A stretch of DNA of 64,000 bases from an uncultured Methanolobus sp. Its GTDB lineage: Archaea > Halobacteriota > Methanosarcinia > Methanosarcinales > Methanosarcinaceae. The DNA is taken from positions 96,001-160,000 of the forward strand of contig OY776215.1 of NCBI GenBank assembly GCA_963675495.1. The letters run 5' to 3'. How positions within the stretch are numbered: the stretch's first letter is position 1; the number at the start of each line of letters is the position of its first letter. Both the position numbers and the translations under genes were made by a program. The notes beneath the pieces were generated by a model. It did no database searches, was not told where the DNA came from, and saw only the letters and a program-made list of their open reading frames with translations. Positions 53,920-63,525 of the stretch are shown here, in pieces.

Positions 53920-55667
53920 GGCATCACTTACTTCTTCTGATTTTGGAATTTTGCTAATATTGGATAGTGGCAATTTAACTATTGGTGAAACAATGAGCAA
54001 TTTGTCATAGTCTAACTCATCTAAAGAATATATTTTAGCATTTTCTGAATTGAAAGATTCGTCTATGTTAAAACATCCGTACTTTAAAAGTTCAATTAAT
54101 TTTGTTTGTTCTGACCAATATGTCAACTTAGAATTATCTTTTATTCCTTCTATTGTAGACTGTTGATTTAAGGCGATTTTTTGTAAATAATGGAACAATG
54201 CTTTGTTTGAAGCAAGATGAGTTATTAATAATGGCCATTTTATACTTATAGCAATAAACTTGGCAAGTTTTTTTGTATTCCATCTTTTTTCAATTGTCGC
54301 TTTTTTATTATAAACAAATAAGTTTGTTTCCATTGATATATACAATTTAAGCCGGAGTAAATTAATGAACTGTTTTAAACGTCGTGGGTTATTGTCTAAA
54401 GCATCAGAAACCATACTAATTAATTCTGTGAATGAGTTATCTTCTTCTCCAGTTTCTATTTTTTCACAAGCTAATAAATCTTTAAACTCTTCGTCTAGTA
54501 TTCTATTAGAACTTTTATTAATTTCCTCATAATCATCTTCATCCAATTGATTTGCTTTTGGACTTGTTTTTTCATCAGGTAAACAACTATTAAGTTTATC
54601 AAGAAATTCTGTTATGCTTTTTTCATCAGGTTGCGGTACTAAAAATGGGATTTGAATAAATTTCTCTATAAATTCGAAACCATATTCTAAACCTTTTAAC
54701 GAAAGATTGCTGGTATTTGCAGATTCGGTTATAGAATTATTTGGATAAAGGTATGGTAGCAATTTTTCATTTTTAGCTGCAATACCTGCAGCTATTTTAG
54801 TTCTATCCATTCCTATTATGAAAATTAGATTTGGACTATCATCTATTAACATGTTTATTGCACGCATTAATTCAACAGCTTTTGGAATGTCACAACGATC
54901 CAAATCATCTATAAAAATGTAAACTCTTGAATTATCAGAATAAGCAGATACTATGTTAGCAAAATCATGATGAAGTTTTTGAATAAACTCTGTATGGATT
55001 TCATAATCAGGCGATGTTAAACATTTATTTAGATCAACTTCCATAGATGTATCAAAAAAGTTCCGAATAGTATCACTGAATGAAATAATAATTCCCAAAG
55101 ATGCAATGATACCTATTAAAGTCGTAAATAACGTTTTATCACTTAATGCATCACTAATTGCTTTAACTAAATTTTGAATAGAGAATGAATATTGTGATAA
55201 GAACAGAATTATCACAATGATGATACTAGCTAAAGAAAGTAAAAAAATTGAAACTCTTATTATTTCGAAAATGAATTTTTTAAGTTAAGTCTTAATCGCA
55301 GCAATCTAAAATACCCTTTTAAACGTCCTTTGTTTGATGTTTTTTCGGACAGTTGTGATATCAAATCTGAAATGAAGGTTGCCCAGAGTGCTTCTGCTTT
55401 ATCATGTCTCCATGCATTAAAATGTACAATTTTTCCATTTTTATCTTCAATTTTATCTTCTAGTTGTAGAATAAAAGAAGATTTGCCACTTCCCCATTCT
55501 CCTTCAATGGACATAGTAACGGGTGGATTTGTATTTTTATTTGTAAGGAAATCTACGATTGCCTTAACATACGGCTTGAAACCTAGTAGATCTTCTCTTG
55601 TAGCTAAATCATTAATATTCGAAGGCGATATTTTGGTAGTATTTAATTTATTCAACAATTTCACCAT
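53716..55667 (-). pseudogene. KAP-family P-loop NTPase with TM insert and C-terminal wHTH; frameshift near 55265 and TGA at 53854-53856
   Basis: GEWGSGKS, FNAW, IDDLDRC, FIEKFIQIPF, NPRRLKQFIN; AT-rich. Confidence 0.85.
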
Positions 55668-55816
55668 GATGATTGATTATAAATTCAGCCTAACTATTTT
55701 TAAAATGCAATTCTCTTTTAAAAGTCTGTCGAAATTAAAAAGGATTAAATTGACTGGGTGATAGTCACATTCCTATACAATACCCTTAAATACCACTTCC
55801 ACCCTCCAATTAAATA

Positions 55817-55885
55817 ATGTCTTACCCTACCTCAACTCGCACTTTACGCAATGTGTCTGTAGTAGTGGTAGTGTTACACGCTTGA
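55817..55885 (+). CDS. Putative ilv leader peptide MSYPTSTRTLRNVSVVVVVLHA
   Basis: ATG ~25 nt after TATA-like CTTAAATA; GTG TCT GTA GTA GTG GTA GTG TTA run; upstream of acetolactate synthase. Confidence 0.75.
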   Translation: MSYPTSTRTLRNVSVVVVVLHA

Positions 55886-55930
55886 GCACGATAATCGGAA
55901 CTTTTCTGGCTCAAGTGCGCTGTTTTTGGT
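55838..55930 (+). promoter_or_regulatory. Putative attenuator: alternative pairings plus U-tract
   Basis: CGCTTGAGC (55879-87) with GCTCAAGTG (55909-17), versus CGCACTT (55838-44) with AAGTGCG (55913-19); then TGTTTTT. Confidence 0.65.
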
Positions 55931-55988
55931 TAATTTACTGATTAGTGTATCCTGTGTCGGAATTGTTTCTTTCCACGGAGAATTGAAA

Positions 55989-57719
55989 ATGGAAGAAATG
56001 AATGGAGCAGAGATCTTAGTTAAAAGTCTGGAGGACCTTGGGGTCAAACATATCTTTGGTTATACGGGAGCGGCAATACTCCCGGTATTCCATGCGCTTG
56101 AGCAGAGTGATATTGAGATCGTAGTCAATTCCAACGAGCAGTCATCGGCGTTCAGTGCAGCGGGGTATTCCCGGTCAAGCGGCGAGGTCGGTGTAGCCAT
56201 AGTCACATCCGGACCTGCAATTACCAACACACTCACTAGCGTTGCTGATGCTTTTGGTGACAGCATTCCTATGCTTGTTTTTGCAGGGCAGGTCCCCGAG
56301 CATAAGATAGGCACCGACTCTTTCCAGCACATCAATGTCAAGGGAGTCTTCGGGGATGCAGCCAAGAAGGTTATCCAGCTATCCAATGACGATGACATCG
56401 AAGCAATAATCAAGGACGCCTACTATTTTGCAATGTCTGGGAAACCAGGGCCTGTTGTCATAGATGTTCCTCTGGACAAACAGCAGAAGATGCATGAATA
56501 CCAGGATATGAACGTCCTGAGATTCGAGGAAAGTTACCACGATGACCGGCACCTATGCGAAGAACAATGTGAAGAGTTCTTCCAGATGTTCCTTAACTCC
56601 AAAAGACCGCTCCTCTATCTGGGTGGTGGTCTGAACTCAGAAGCAGGAAGTCATGCTATCAGGGAGTTCAATGAGTATTTCGGGGTTCCTTCAGTTAATA
56701 CTCTCATGGCAAAAGGTGTCGTTGACGAACGAAAAGACCTGAACCTCGGGATGCTGGGGATGTTTGGCACACCATCCGCTAATATGCTCATACAGGAGAA
56801 CGATTTCTTCTTCGCCATTGGTGTCCGCTGGGATGACAGGGTTGCGGAAAAGGTCGGGTTTGCAATAGGCACCGACATAGCCTACATCGATATAAATCCC
56901 GAGAAGATGCACCAGATAAAGATAGAACGAGGACCTAAATTCTCATTTATCGGGGATTCTGCCACAGCTATACGGGACCTGCTGAACTATGCTAAAAAGC
57001 ATAGCATCACATTGAATATCCATGATTGGCAGGAACGTGCCAGATTCCTGAAGAGGTCCTGGCCTCTGGATTACAACCGACAGTCCCAGCATATCCAATC
57101 AGCCGAGGTCATGGCACTGCTGGCAACTTATGTTGACGGGAACACAAGGATAACCACAGGTGTCGGCAATCACCAGATGCTGGCCGCACAGCACCTTCCA
57201 ATGCAGAAGGCAAAATCCTTCATGACCTCTGGCTCCTTTGGAACAATGGGCTTTTCCATGCCAACGTCCATCGGTGTTCACTATGCAAACCCGGATTCAA
57301 AGGTTATTGCCATCGATGGTGACGGCAGTCTTAGAATGAATCTGGGAGAACTGCACACTGTTGCTTCACTGGACCTGCCCATCAAGATACTCATGCTGAA
57401 CAACAGGAGTGACGGCATGGTTCAGAACCTGCAGGATGCGGCTTATGATGGAATTCGTACCGGAACACAAAGACCAAAGGATGTTCACTTTGCTGAGATC
57501 GCAAGTTCATTTGGCTTCAGTTATGCAGAAAGGATAAGCGACAGAAGTGATTTAAAAGCCGGTATGGAAGCCTTCCTTAATGCAGACGGACCTTGCTTCC
57601 TGGAAATCTGCACGGATAGGGAAGAAATTCTGTATCCAAAGGTTCCGGCAGGTGGAGCATATAAGGATATGATATTGGGGCCGTATATTAAGGAGGTACC
57701 CGGTAATAACATCGAGTGA
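55989..57719 (+). CDS. ilvB: Acetolactate synthase large subunit (ThDP enzyme)
   Basis: MNGAEILV, NEQ, TSGP, TDSFQ, GKPGPV, LGMLGMFG, GVGNHQM, GTMGF, GDGS-x24-NN; GGAGA RBS before ATG 55989. Confidence 0.88.
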   Translation: MEEMNGAEILVKSLEDLGVKHIFGYTGAAILPVFHALEQSDIEIVVNSNEQSSAFSAAGYSRSSGEVGVAIVTSGPAITNTLTSVADAFGDSIPMLVFAGQVPEHKIGTDSFQHINVKGVFGDAAKKVIQLSNDDDIEAIIKDAYYFAMSGKPGPVVIDVPLDKQQKMHEYQDMNVLRFEESYHDDRHLCEEQCEEFFQMFLNSKRPLLYLGGGLNSEAGSHAIREFNEYFGVPSVNTLMAKGVVDERKDLNLGMLGMFGTPSANMLIQENDFFFAIGVRWDDRVAEKVGFAIGTDIAYIDINPEKMHQIKIERGPKFSFIGDSATAIRDLLNYAKKHSITLNIHDWQERARFLKRSWPLDYNRQSQHIQSAEVMALLATYVDGNTRITTGVGNHQMLAAQHLPMQKAKSFMTSGSFGTMGFSMPTSIGVHYANPDSKVIAIDGDGSLRMNLGELHTVASLDLPIKILMLNNRSDGMVQNLQDAAYDGIRTGTQRPKDVHFAEIASSFGFSYAERISDRSDLKAGMEAFLNADGPCFLEICTDREEILYPKVPAGGAYKDMILGPYIKEVPGNNIE

Positions 57720-57888
57720 AAACGATACATATCTCGATCGTGATTGGGGAGTACGAAAATCCCCATCAATCATCATCCATAAAACAGTGAGTTCATGAAG
57801 TTGCATCTCATCGCCTTAATTTAAGGAAAAAACTCTTCCGCTGAACGTAACCCATAAGGTTTATGACCTCAATAACCTGAGTAATCCT

Positions 57889-58080
57889 ATGGACTCAAGA
57901 AAGGCAGTATTTCTTAATATCGTAATTTCCATAATATTTGCAGTTTCGATCGTCGTTTCAAATTACTTGCTTGACGGCACACCGTATGACCAAACGGTAT
58001 TGTACATACTTATCGCTTTATGGTGGATTCCTTTCATGTTATTATCAATGGCAGGAGTGAAGGAACAAAATAATCCCTGA
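57889..58080 (+). CDS. Small two-TM hypothetical protein
   Basis: 63-aa ORF with two hydrophobic segments. Confidence 0.6.
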   Translation: MDSRKAVFLNIVISIIFAVSIVVSNYLLDGTPYDQTVLYILIALWWIPFMLLSMAGVKEQNNP

Positions 58081-58286
58081 TTTTTTCCATCATATAATTC
58101 TACCTGGATATTGAACTTAAAAGTACACAAGGATTCAAATCCGGGCCTGCTGAAATTGTGTGCATACCAATGGCATAACAAAGTAGTATATGGAATTAAT
58201 TATATAGTAACCTGTAGTACTTGGCACCAGCTAAAAACGTTATAAGACATCTGAACAATGTCTTAAGCTAATGAGATGAAATAATT

Positions 58287-58568
58287 ATGACAGACGACTC
58301 AATCGATGAACAGGTAAAATGGATTGTAAGTGTTGACCGCAGGCTTATTTTAATGGAATACATGACAAACCACTTAATAGCCAAAGCTTCTGAAATAGCT
58401 CATGATACCCAGAGATCGACCCAGAATATCAGTCGTGCCTTAAAGGAATTTGAAGAACATGGACTTATTGAGTGTCTCACACCCGCAAAGACCACATGGA
58501 AAAAATACGTACTGACTGATATGGGGACCAAGGTCTTGGAAAAGATGGATGGCAAGTTTTTCAACTAA
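58287..58568 (+). CDS. Small wHTH transcriptional regulator
   Basis: ASEIAHDTQRSTQNISRALKEFEEHGLIEC, YVLTDMG. Confidence 0.82.
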   Translation: MTDDSIDEQVKWIVSVDRRLILMEYMTNHLIAKASEIAHDTQRSTQNISRALKEFEEHGLIECLTPAKTTWKKYVLTDMGTKVLEKMDGKFFN

Positions 58569-58769
58569 GCAGGAAAGTATATTGCTATCATTTTTATTTC
58601 ACTATATATGATTTTTCCAGGCTCTGTAGGAAGTGTGATGACAATGATTTTTGAGATAGATGAATGCATATAATAGCAGGTATGAGTAAACATAAGCTAT
58701 ATGCATTTGTAGCCCCTGATCGATTCATACCTCTAATTTCTACCAGGCCAATAGTTTATTCTTAATAGG

Positions 58770-59219
58770 ATGATAACCTATACAGCAAATCAAAAAAAGG
58801 TGTTTTATGTGGATAAGGATGAACATGAAATTAAATTAGCAAACTGGCTGTCTACGGAAATAATTGCATATTCTAAACAGTTGTTCCCATTGATGGAGTT
58901 TGTAGAAGCTGAGGGAGAAAGTGACGGTCCATCAAAAATATATCGCTATGGTGAACCAATACCTGAAGCCAAAGAGATTCTTGACATATTGCCTGGTAAA
59001 TATGAAGAATGGAGTACAAAATGCAGGCCACTGCTCGAAAAATACTTTCCGGGAGAGCTTGAAGATTTCAATTGTTCATATGAGGTCGTAAAGAATGTCC
59101 TCAGCTCTGACTACAGAACAAAAATCCCAAACACAAACAAAGCATATATGGAATTTCACAAGCATATAATGACTCAGGTGACCATTGCATCCCACCTATC
59201 TAAACAGTTAAAGAAATGA
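58770..59219 (+). CDS. Hypothetical protein
   Basis: 149-aa ORF with no recognised motif; true start may be internal. Confidence 0.55.
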   Translation: MITYTANQKKVFYVDKDEHEIKLANWLSTEIIAYSKQLFPLMEFVEAEGESDGPSKIYRYGEPIPEAKEILDILPGKYEEWSTKCRPLLEKYFPGELEDFNCSYEVVKNVLSSDYRTKIPNTNKAYMEFHKHIMTQVTIASHLSKQLKK

Positions 59220-59445
59220 TTCATGTATAATTAATTCTACAGAGTCCTTTTTTTATTAATTTTCTGTGTCTCAGTTTTAGCTATGGTACTTTGCAGCCTG
59301 AAATCTGTATCTCCATAAGTAATAGAACAAACAAAAAAAAGTAGGGATTTAAATTACAGATATATCAAAAAATAATGGGAAATAACTGGAAAAATCATAT
59401 TAAACATATTTTTCCATTTTCCTAGCATAAACTCTCACTTTTTAG

Positions 59446-60003
59446 TCAGGCTTCCTGAGGGAGAGCTTTGTAACCATCGACCAGTTCTACATTAGCATTG
59501 ATAACAGAACTCTTGAACTTGACAAGATCGGATGTTATATCCTCAAGACTTTCCACGTCTTCCTGCTTTGTGACCACTTTACCGTCTGATACGACCTTTT
59601 GAGGAGGTATTTCCACAGTGCGAACTGTTGCATTATGTAAAATCACTACATCATCACCGATATTACAGTCAAACACTACAGCACCGAATCCTACAAAGCA
59701 TCTGCAACCGATACTGCATGGTCCATGAACAATACATCCATGTGCAAGTGAAGTATTCTTTTCTATGATTACCTCTGAATTGGACAATGCATGAATTATT
59801 ACATTATCCTGCACATTACAGTTGTCTCCTATTGTAACTGAAGAACCGGGTTCATCTGCCCTAATAATAGCGTTGTGAGCTACGTATACGTTATCTCCAA
59901 TTGTTACATCTCCGACAATGATCGCAGTTTCAGAGATCCATGCCTTTTTACTGATTATTGGATGTTGATTTTGGGGATTTGGATAGAGCATTTTGATTAC
60001 CAC
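59446..60003 (-). CDS. Gamma-class carbonic anhydrase (CamH-like)
   Basis: Hexapeptide repeats, IRADE, NVQDNVIIH, LAHGCIVHG. Confidence 0.9.
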   Translation of the reverse strand: MVIKMLYPNPQNQHPIISKKAWISETAIIVGDVTIGDNVYVAHNAIIRADEPGSSVTIGDNCNVQDNVIIHALSNSEVIIEKNTSLAHGCIVHGPCSIGCRCFVGFGAVVFDCNIGDDVVILHNATVRTVEIPPQKVVSDGKVVTKQEDVESLEDITSDLVKFKSSVINANVELVDGYKALPQEA

Positions 60004-60331
60004 CTTTTATTTAAGATTAATTTTCTGAAGGATAACCTCAGATGTGACTGTATATGAGAATATATGAGAACTTATTTAAACGTATTGATGAAAATGCATC
60101 ACTGTGTGATTTTTACCATGTGCAAAACAATAAAATATGATATGTCATGGAATTTCAACTTCATAGTAGTACAGAATTCATCAGAAATCCCACTGTGAGA
60201 TATACTATGTTGATACTTACATCAATGAACCAAGTCCAATACAGGGGAAATATTGTGATGTTCTGGTAATTCTTGTTTCCATTTGTTTCCGGGAACTTTG
60301 TGCTTTGCTTGCCGGAAAAGCAGGTTGCGGC

Positions 60332-61147
60332 TTAGGAATTCATGATTTCAGGTGTGCCAGCGGATTCATCCACCGATCTCAGATAATTCTTAGCTGCATC
60401 TTTCTCTGCGTTTCTTTTACTGTTGCCTGATCCTGTTGCAAGTAACTCTTCATCCAGATAAAGCCCGACAGTATAGTGCTTATTGTGATCTGGTCCTTCC
60501 TCTCCTATAAGCTTATAACGCGGGCTCCCTGTTCCACTCTTATGGAAGAGCTCCTGTATCCTTCCCTTTGGATTGGAAACTGGTATTTTTTCAAGGGCAT
60601 CATCTATGTCAAAGAACCTGTAAACAAATTCCTTTGCTATTGAATAATTGTTATTGGAATTATTGTCTTTTTTGGCATGGCCACCATCAAGATAAATTGC
60701 TCCAATAAGTGCCTCGATTATATCCGAAAGCTTTCCGTCAATATTTACCAGCTCTTCAGACAATACAAACCTTGAGAGCTTGATTTTTTGGGCTACTGGT
60801 TTGAGGTTCTTGTTCGAAGCAAGCACTTCCCTGATCTTTGTGGAAACACCTTCGATTGTAAGTCCATTTGATCTTGCATACTCATCGATCTCTTCACTAT
60901 GGTATGCATACTCAGCAACTATAAGGCCCAGTACCGAATCTCCAAGGTATTCAAGTTTTTCGTAATCCTTGTTCTCAAGACCATTCACTTTTTTAAAAGC
61001 ACTCAGTTTATCCTTATTGCCACTAAAAAGTGAACCATGTAACAATGCCTGTATCAGGTATCTTGTATCATTGAACCTGAATTGTATGATTTCCTGGAAT
61101 TCCTCAAGTTCATTCTGATTCACACTCAGGTCTGGATTAACTCTCAC
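60332..61147 (-). CDS. rnc: Ribonuclease III with dsRBD
   Basis: YEKLEYLGDSVL, SDIIEALIGAIYLDGG, NPKGRIQE, GPDH, GSGNSKRNAEKDAA. Confidence 0.92.
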   Translation of the reverse strand: MRVNPDLSVNQNELEEFQEIIQFRFNDTRYLIQALLHGSLFSGNKDKLSAFKKVNGLENKDYEKLEYLGDSVLGLIVAEYAYHSEEIDEYARSNGLTIEGVSTKIREVLASNKNLKPVAQKIKLSRFVLSEELVNIDGKLSDIIEALIGAIYLDGGHAKKDNNSNNNYSIAKEFVYRFFDIDDALEKIPVSNPKGRIQELFHKSGTGSPRYKLIGEEGPDHNKHYTVGLYLDEELLATGSGNSKRNAEKDAAKNYLRSVDESAGTPEIMNS

Positions 61148-61174
61148 TTTTTTCCCTCATTCTTTTCAGTTTGA

Positions 61175-61711
61175 TTATTCAAGCAGCAGTATTCCTATAC
61201 ATTTGACCCTTTCAAAATTACAATACTCAATGTCAAGTCCTTTTTTCTCCATGAGTTTGGACAGGTTTACTCCAACTGCTTCAGGAGGAAAACGTCTCAT
61301 TTCCGGTTTCCTGCATTCATCACCGCAAGTATCGCATTCGTTGCAAGCACCCGGACGAAGTAATTGTGCATAGATGAACCCATTTCTGAAAGCTTCATAT
61401 TCCAGTTCCAGCATCTTGTGGAAAGAACCTTTGCGCAGCCGTGACCAGGCTTTGAATATATCTTTTTCATCAGAAGTATCATGTTCTTCGATAAGCAGGA
61501 TGGCAGAGTTATATTCTTTCACTATCTCCCTGAACTCATCAATAGAAATAATATGCGGTGGGCAGCTCAGACGTTTTCCATATCCTCTGCATCCATAGGC
61601 ACATTTGAGTCTGGCTCTGTTCTCAACATCTATTTCAGAGGCATCCAGCAAGTATGCTGCAAGCCCAAGTTCTTCTGCTTTATCCAGTATTATATGGGTA
61701 TCTTTTGGCAT
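61175..61711 (-). CDS. DUF2284 family metal-binding protein
   Basis: KCAYGC, SCPP, GACNECDTC, PEAVGVN. Confidence 0.88.
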   Translation of the reverse strand: MPKDTHIILDKAEELGLAAYLLDASEIDVENRARLKCAYGCRGYGKRLSCPPHIISIDEFREIVKEYNSAILLIEEHDTSDEKDIFKAWSRLRKGSFHKMLELEYEAFRNGFIYAQLLRPGACNECDTCGDECRKPEMRRFPPEAVGVNLSKLMEKKGLDIEYCNFERVKCIGILLLE

Positions 61712-61831
61712 AAGATATCCCTTTTAATAAGAACTATTTATTAAAAAAGAATTGTGTTGTCTTTACTCGGTAAAGAAGGTGTAAATGTTGTCTTTATAGT
61801 AAAGTTTTATATTGATTGTAACAAATGGAGC

Positions 61832-62146
61832 ATGTCGATGATCGACTACAGAACACAACTTAAAAACACAATGTCAAGAATTGTAAATGAATATGATAAA
61901 AAAATCCTGATGAAATACATTCGATGGATGCAGGACAAAGCTTATTCTGAAAAAACAATTGCTGAAAAAATTAGAGTTAATTCAAAAATGATAAGTTTCT
62001 TTGAAAAACCTGTTGAAGATGTCACTATCGATGATATGGAAGACTATATCTATTCTGATGATTTCTGCATCCACTATAGGACTGGAAAACCAATGGCAAA
62101 ATCATCAATTGACACATACAAAGCAGAAATAAGATACTTCATGAGA
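61832..62146 (+). pseudogene. N-terminal (SAM-like) fragment of a tyrosine integrase
   Basis: YSEKTI, KPVEDVTIDDMEDYI, AKSSIDTYKAEIRYF; no catalytic domain. Confidence 0.6.
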
Positions 62147-62401
62147 ATGAAAAGTAGAAATTGTAATTCCGGTTCCAGTACCTATTTTTTTCTCTATTCT
62201 GTTTTGCATCTCATCTGCTGCTTTTTCCGAGAACGTGAGTGCAAGTATCTTTTCGGGAGGAAAACCACTTTCTATTAACTGCAGTACTTTTTCGGTTATC
62301 GTTAAGGTTTTTCCGGAACCAGGTCCTGCAAGGATCAGAAGAGGTCCATCAGTATAAGACACTGCATTTAATTGATCATCGTTAAGTTCTGTAGTTTTCA
62401 A
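62144..62401 (-). pseudogene. N-terminal fragment of a UvrD/Rep helicase
   Basis: LNDDQ, AGPGSGKT, LALTFSEKAA, STFHS, then homology stops. Confidence 0.88.
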
Positions 62402-62525
62402 TATTACCTCTCCTTACCACATACTTTGCATTGTGTCGTTTTATTCTGTATAACAATAGACCTATTATAAAATATATTAATGTATTGAATTTATTTTCGG
62501 TGAGGAGAGAGTAATCCTTTGGATT

Positions 62526-62696
62526 ATGGAATTTGTCTTGGTCCTTGAGGACCAGATGTGTGACTGGGTTCCGGAAGAGGGAAGTATTCCGGATAGAGTG
62601 GATGCACTTGTATGGGTATTGTCGGAGCTTAGTAAATCAAGATCTGGACCGCAGAAACTGAACATGTCAGCACTTATCAAAACAAGACCGAGGTAA
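62526..62696 (+). pseudogene. C-terminal fragment of a phage terminase large subunit
   Basis: LEDQMCDW and PDRVDALVWVLSEL, a pattern typical of terminase nuclease C-termini. Confidence 0.65.
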
Positions 62697-62698
62697 TT

Positions 62699-62905
62699 AT
62701 GAGACCAAAACTCTATGCAACTGTTAGCAAGAATACGACCGCAGTACTTCACAGGGTGATGAAAGAGCAGGACTGCAACAAGAGCCAGGCTGTGGACTTT
62801 ATTGCATATTATTATTCGAAGATGCAGAATAATCTCAGGGAGAAGCAGGTAGAAGAGACTGCAGAGCTTGTGATAGAAAAACTCAAATTGAAGAAGTTGG
62901 TGTAA
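62699..62905 (+). CDS. Small ribbon-helix-helix-like protein
   Basis: LYATVS strand followed by NKSQAVDFI helix; starts 2 nt after the terminase fragment. Confidence 0.55.
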   Translation: MRPKLYATVSKNTTAVLHRVMKEQDCNKSQAVDFIAYYYSKMQNNLREKQVEETAELVIEKLKLKKLV

Positions 62906-63084
62906 AGATTCGAATTAGATGCTCGCACTTTAATGAAGGGATATATACAAGTGGAAAAAAGTATATGCTAAAAACACATCAGTAAATATTAATATAAGTT
63001 ATAGGAATATTGTGAGGATACATTTTTAAAAAATATGCCAGAGAGAATTTTTGCTCCTGACATTATTCCATTTGCAGATCAAGG

Positions 63085-63270
63085 TCAAACTCTTTTCCAA
63101 ATCGCTGAAATCTTAGCTATTTCAATATGCGTGTATTCATCCCCTGAATCCCACTTCAGGCTTAATACATCATCAGCACATTCAGCAACCATACCATTGT
63201 ATGTTGTACCATCAGCGTTTAAAGATACATTCTTTCCCATGTAGTATTTTTCTATAAAAGACTGTTTCAA
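63085..63270 (-). CDS. Small MM0924-like protein
   Basis: TTG start after GGGG; YNGMVAECADDVL, IAKISAIW. Confidence 0.6.
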   Translation of the reverse strand: MKQSFIEKYYMGKNVSLNADGTTYNGMVAECADDVLSLKWDSGDEYTHIEIAKISAIWKRV

Positions 63271-63525
63271 ATTTTAACCCCCTATATTAACAGAGGATTA
63301 TTTTCTGTTTTTCTCGCTAATCAATTTATTGAAACAAAGTTTCTTACTTTAGTTAATTAACAAGCACAAAATGTTTTAAAAACTGCTTCAGCAGAATATA
63401 ATTATGAATAATCTTCTTCTGAAATACCCCTATAAAGAACTATATAGTAGTATATACAAAATTAAAGTGCAATACAATTAAATAAGGCCTAAAACAGAAA
63501 ATCAAAATTAGGAGGAGTGGAGTAA

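Noticed and set aside
55926-55988. TTG-initiated N-terminal extension of IlvB in the ORF track
   Set aside because: AHAS homology starts at MEEMNGAE and ATG 55989 has a GGAGA RBS; the extension overlaps the leader
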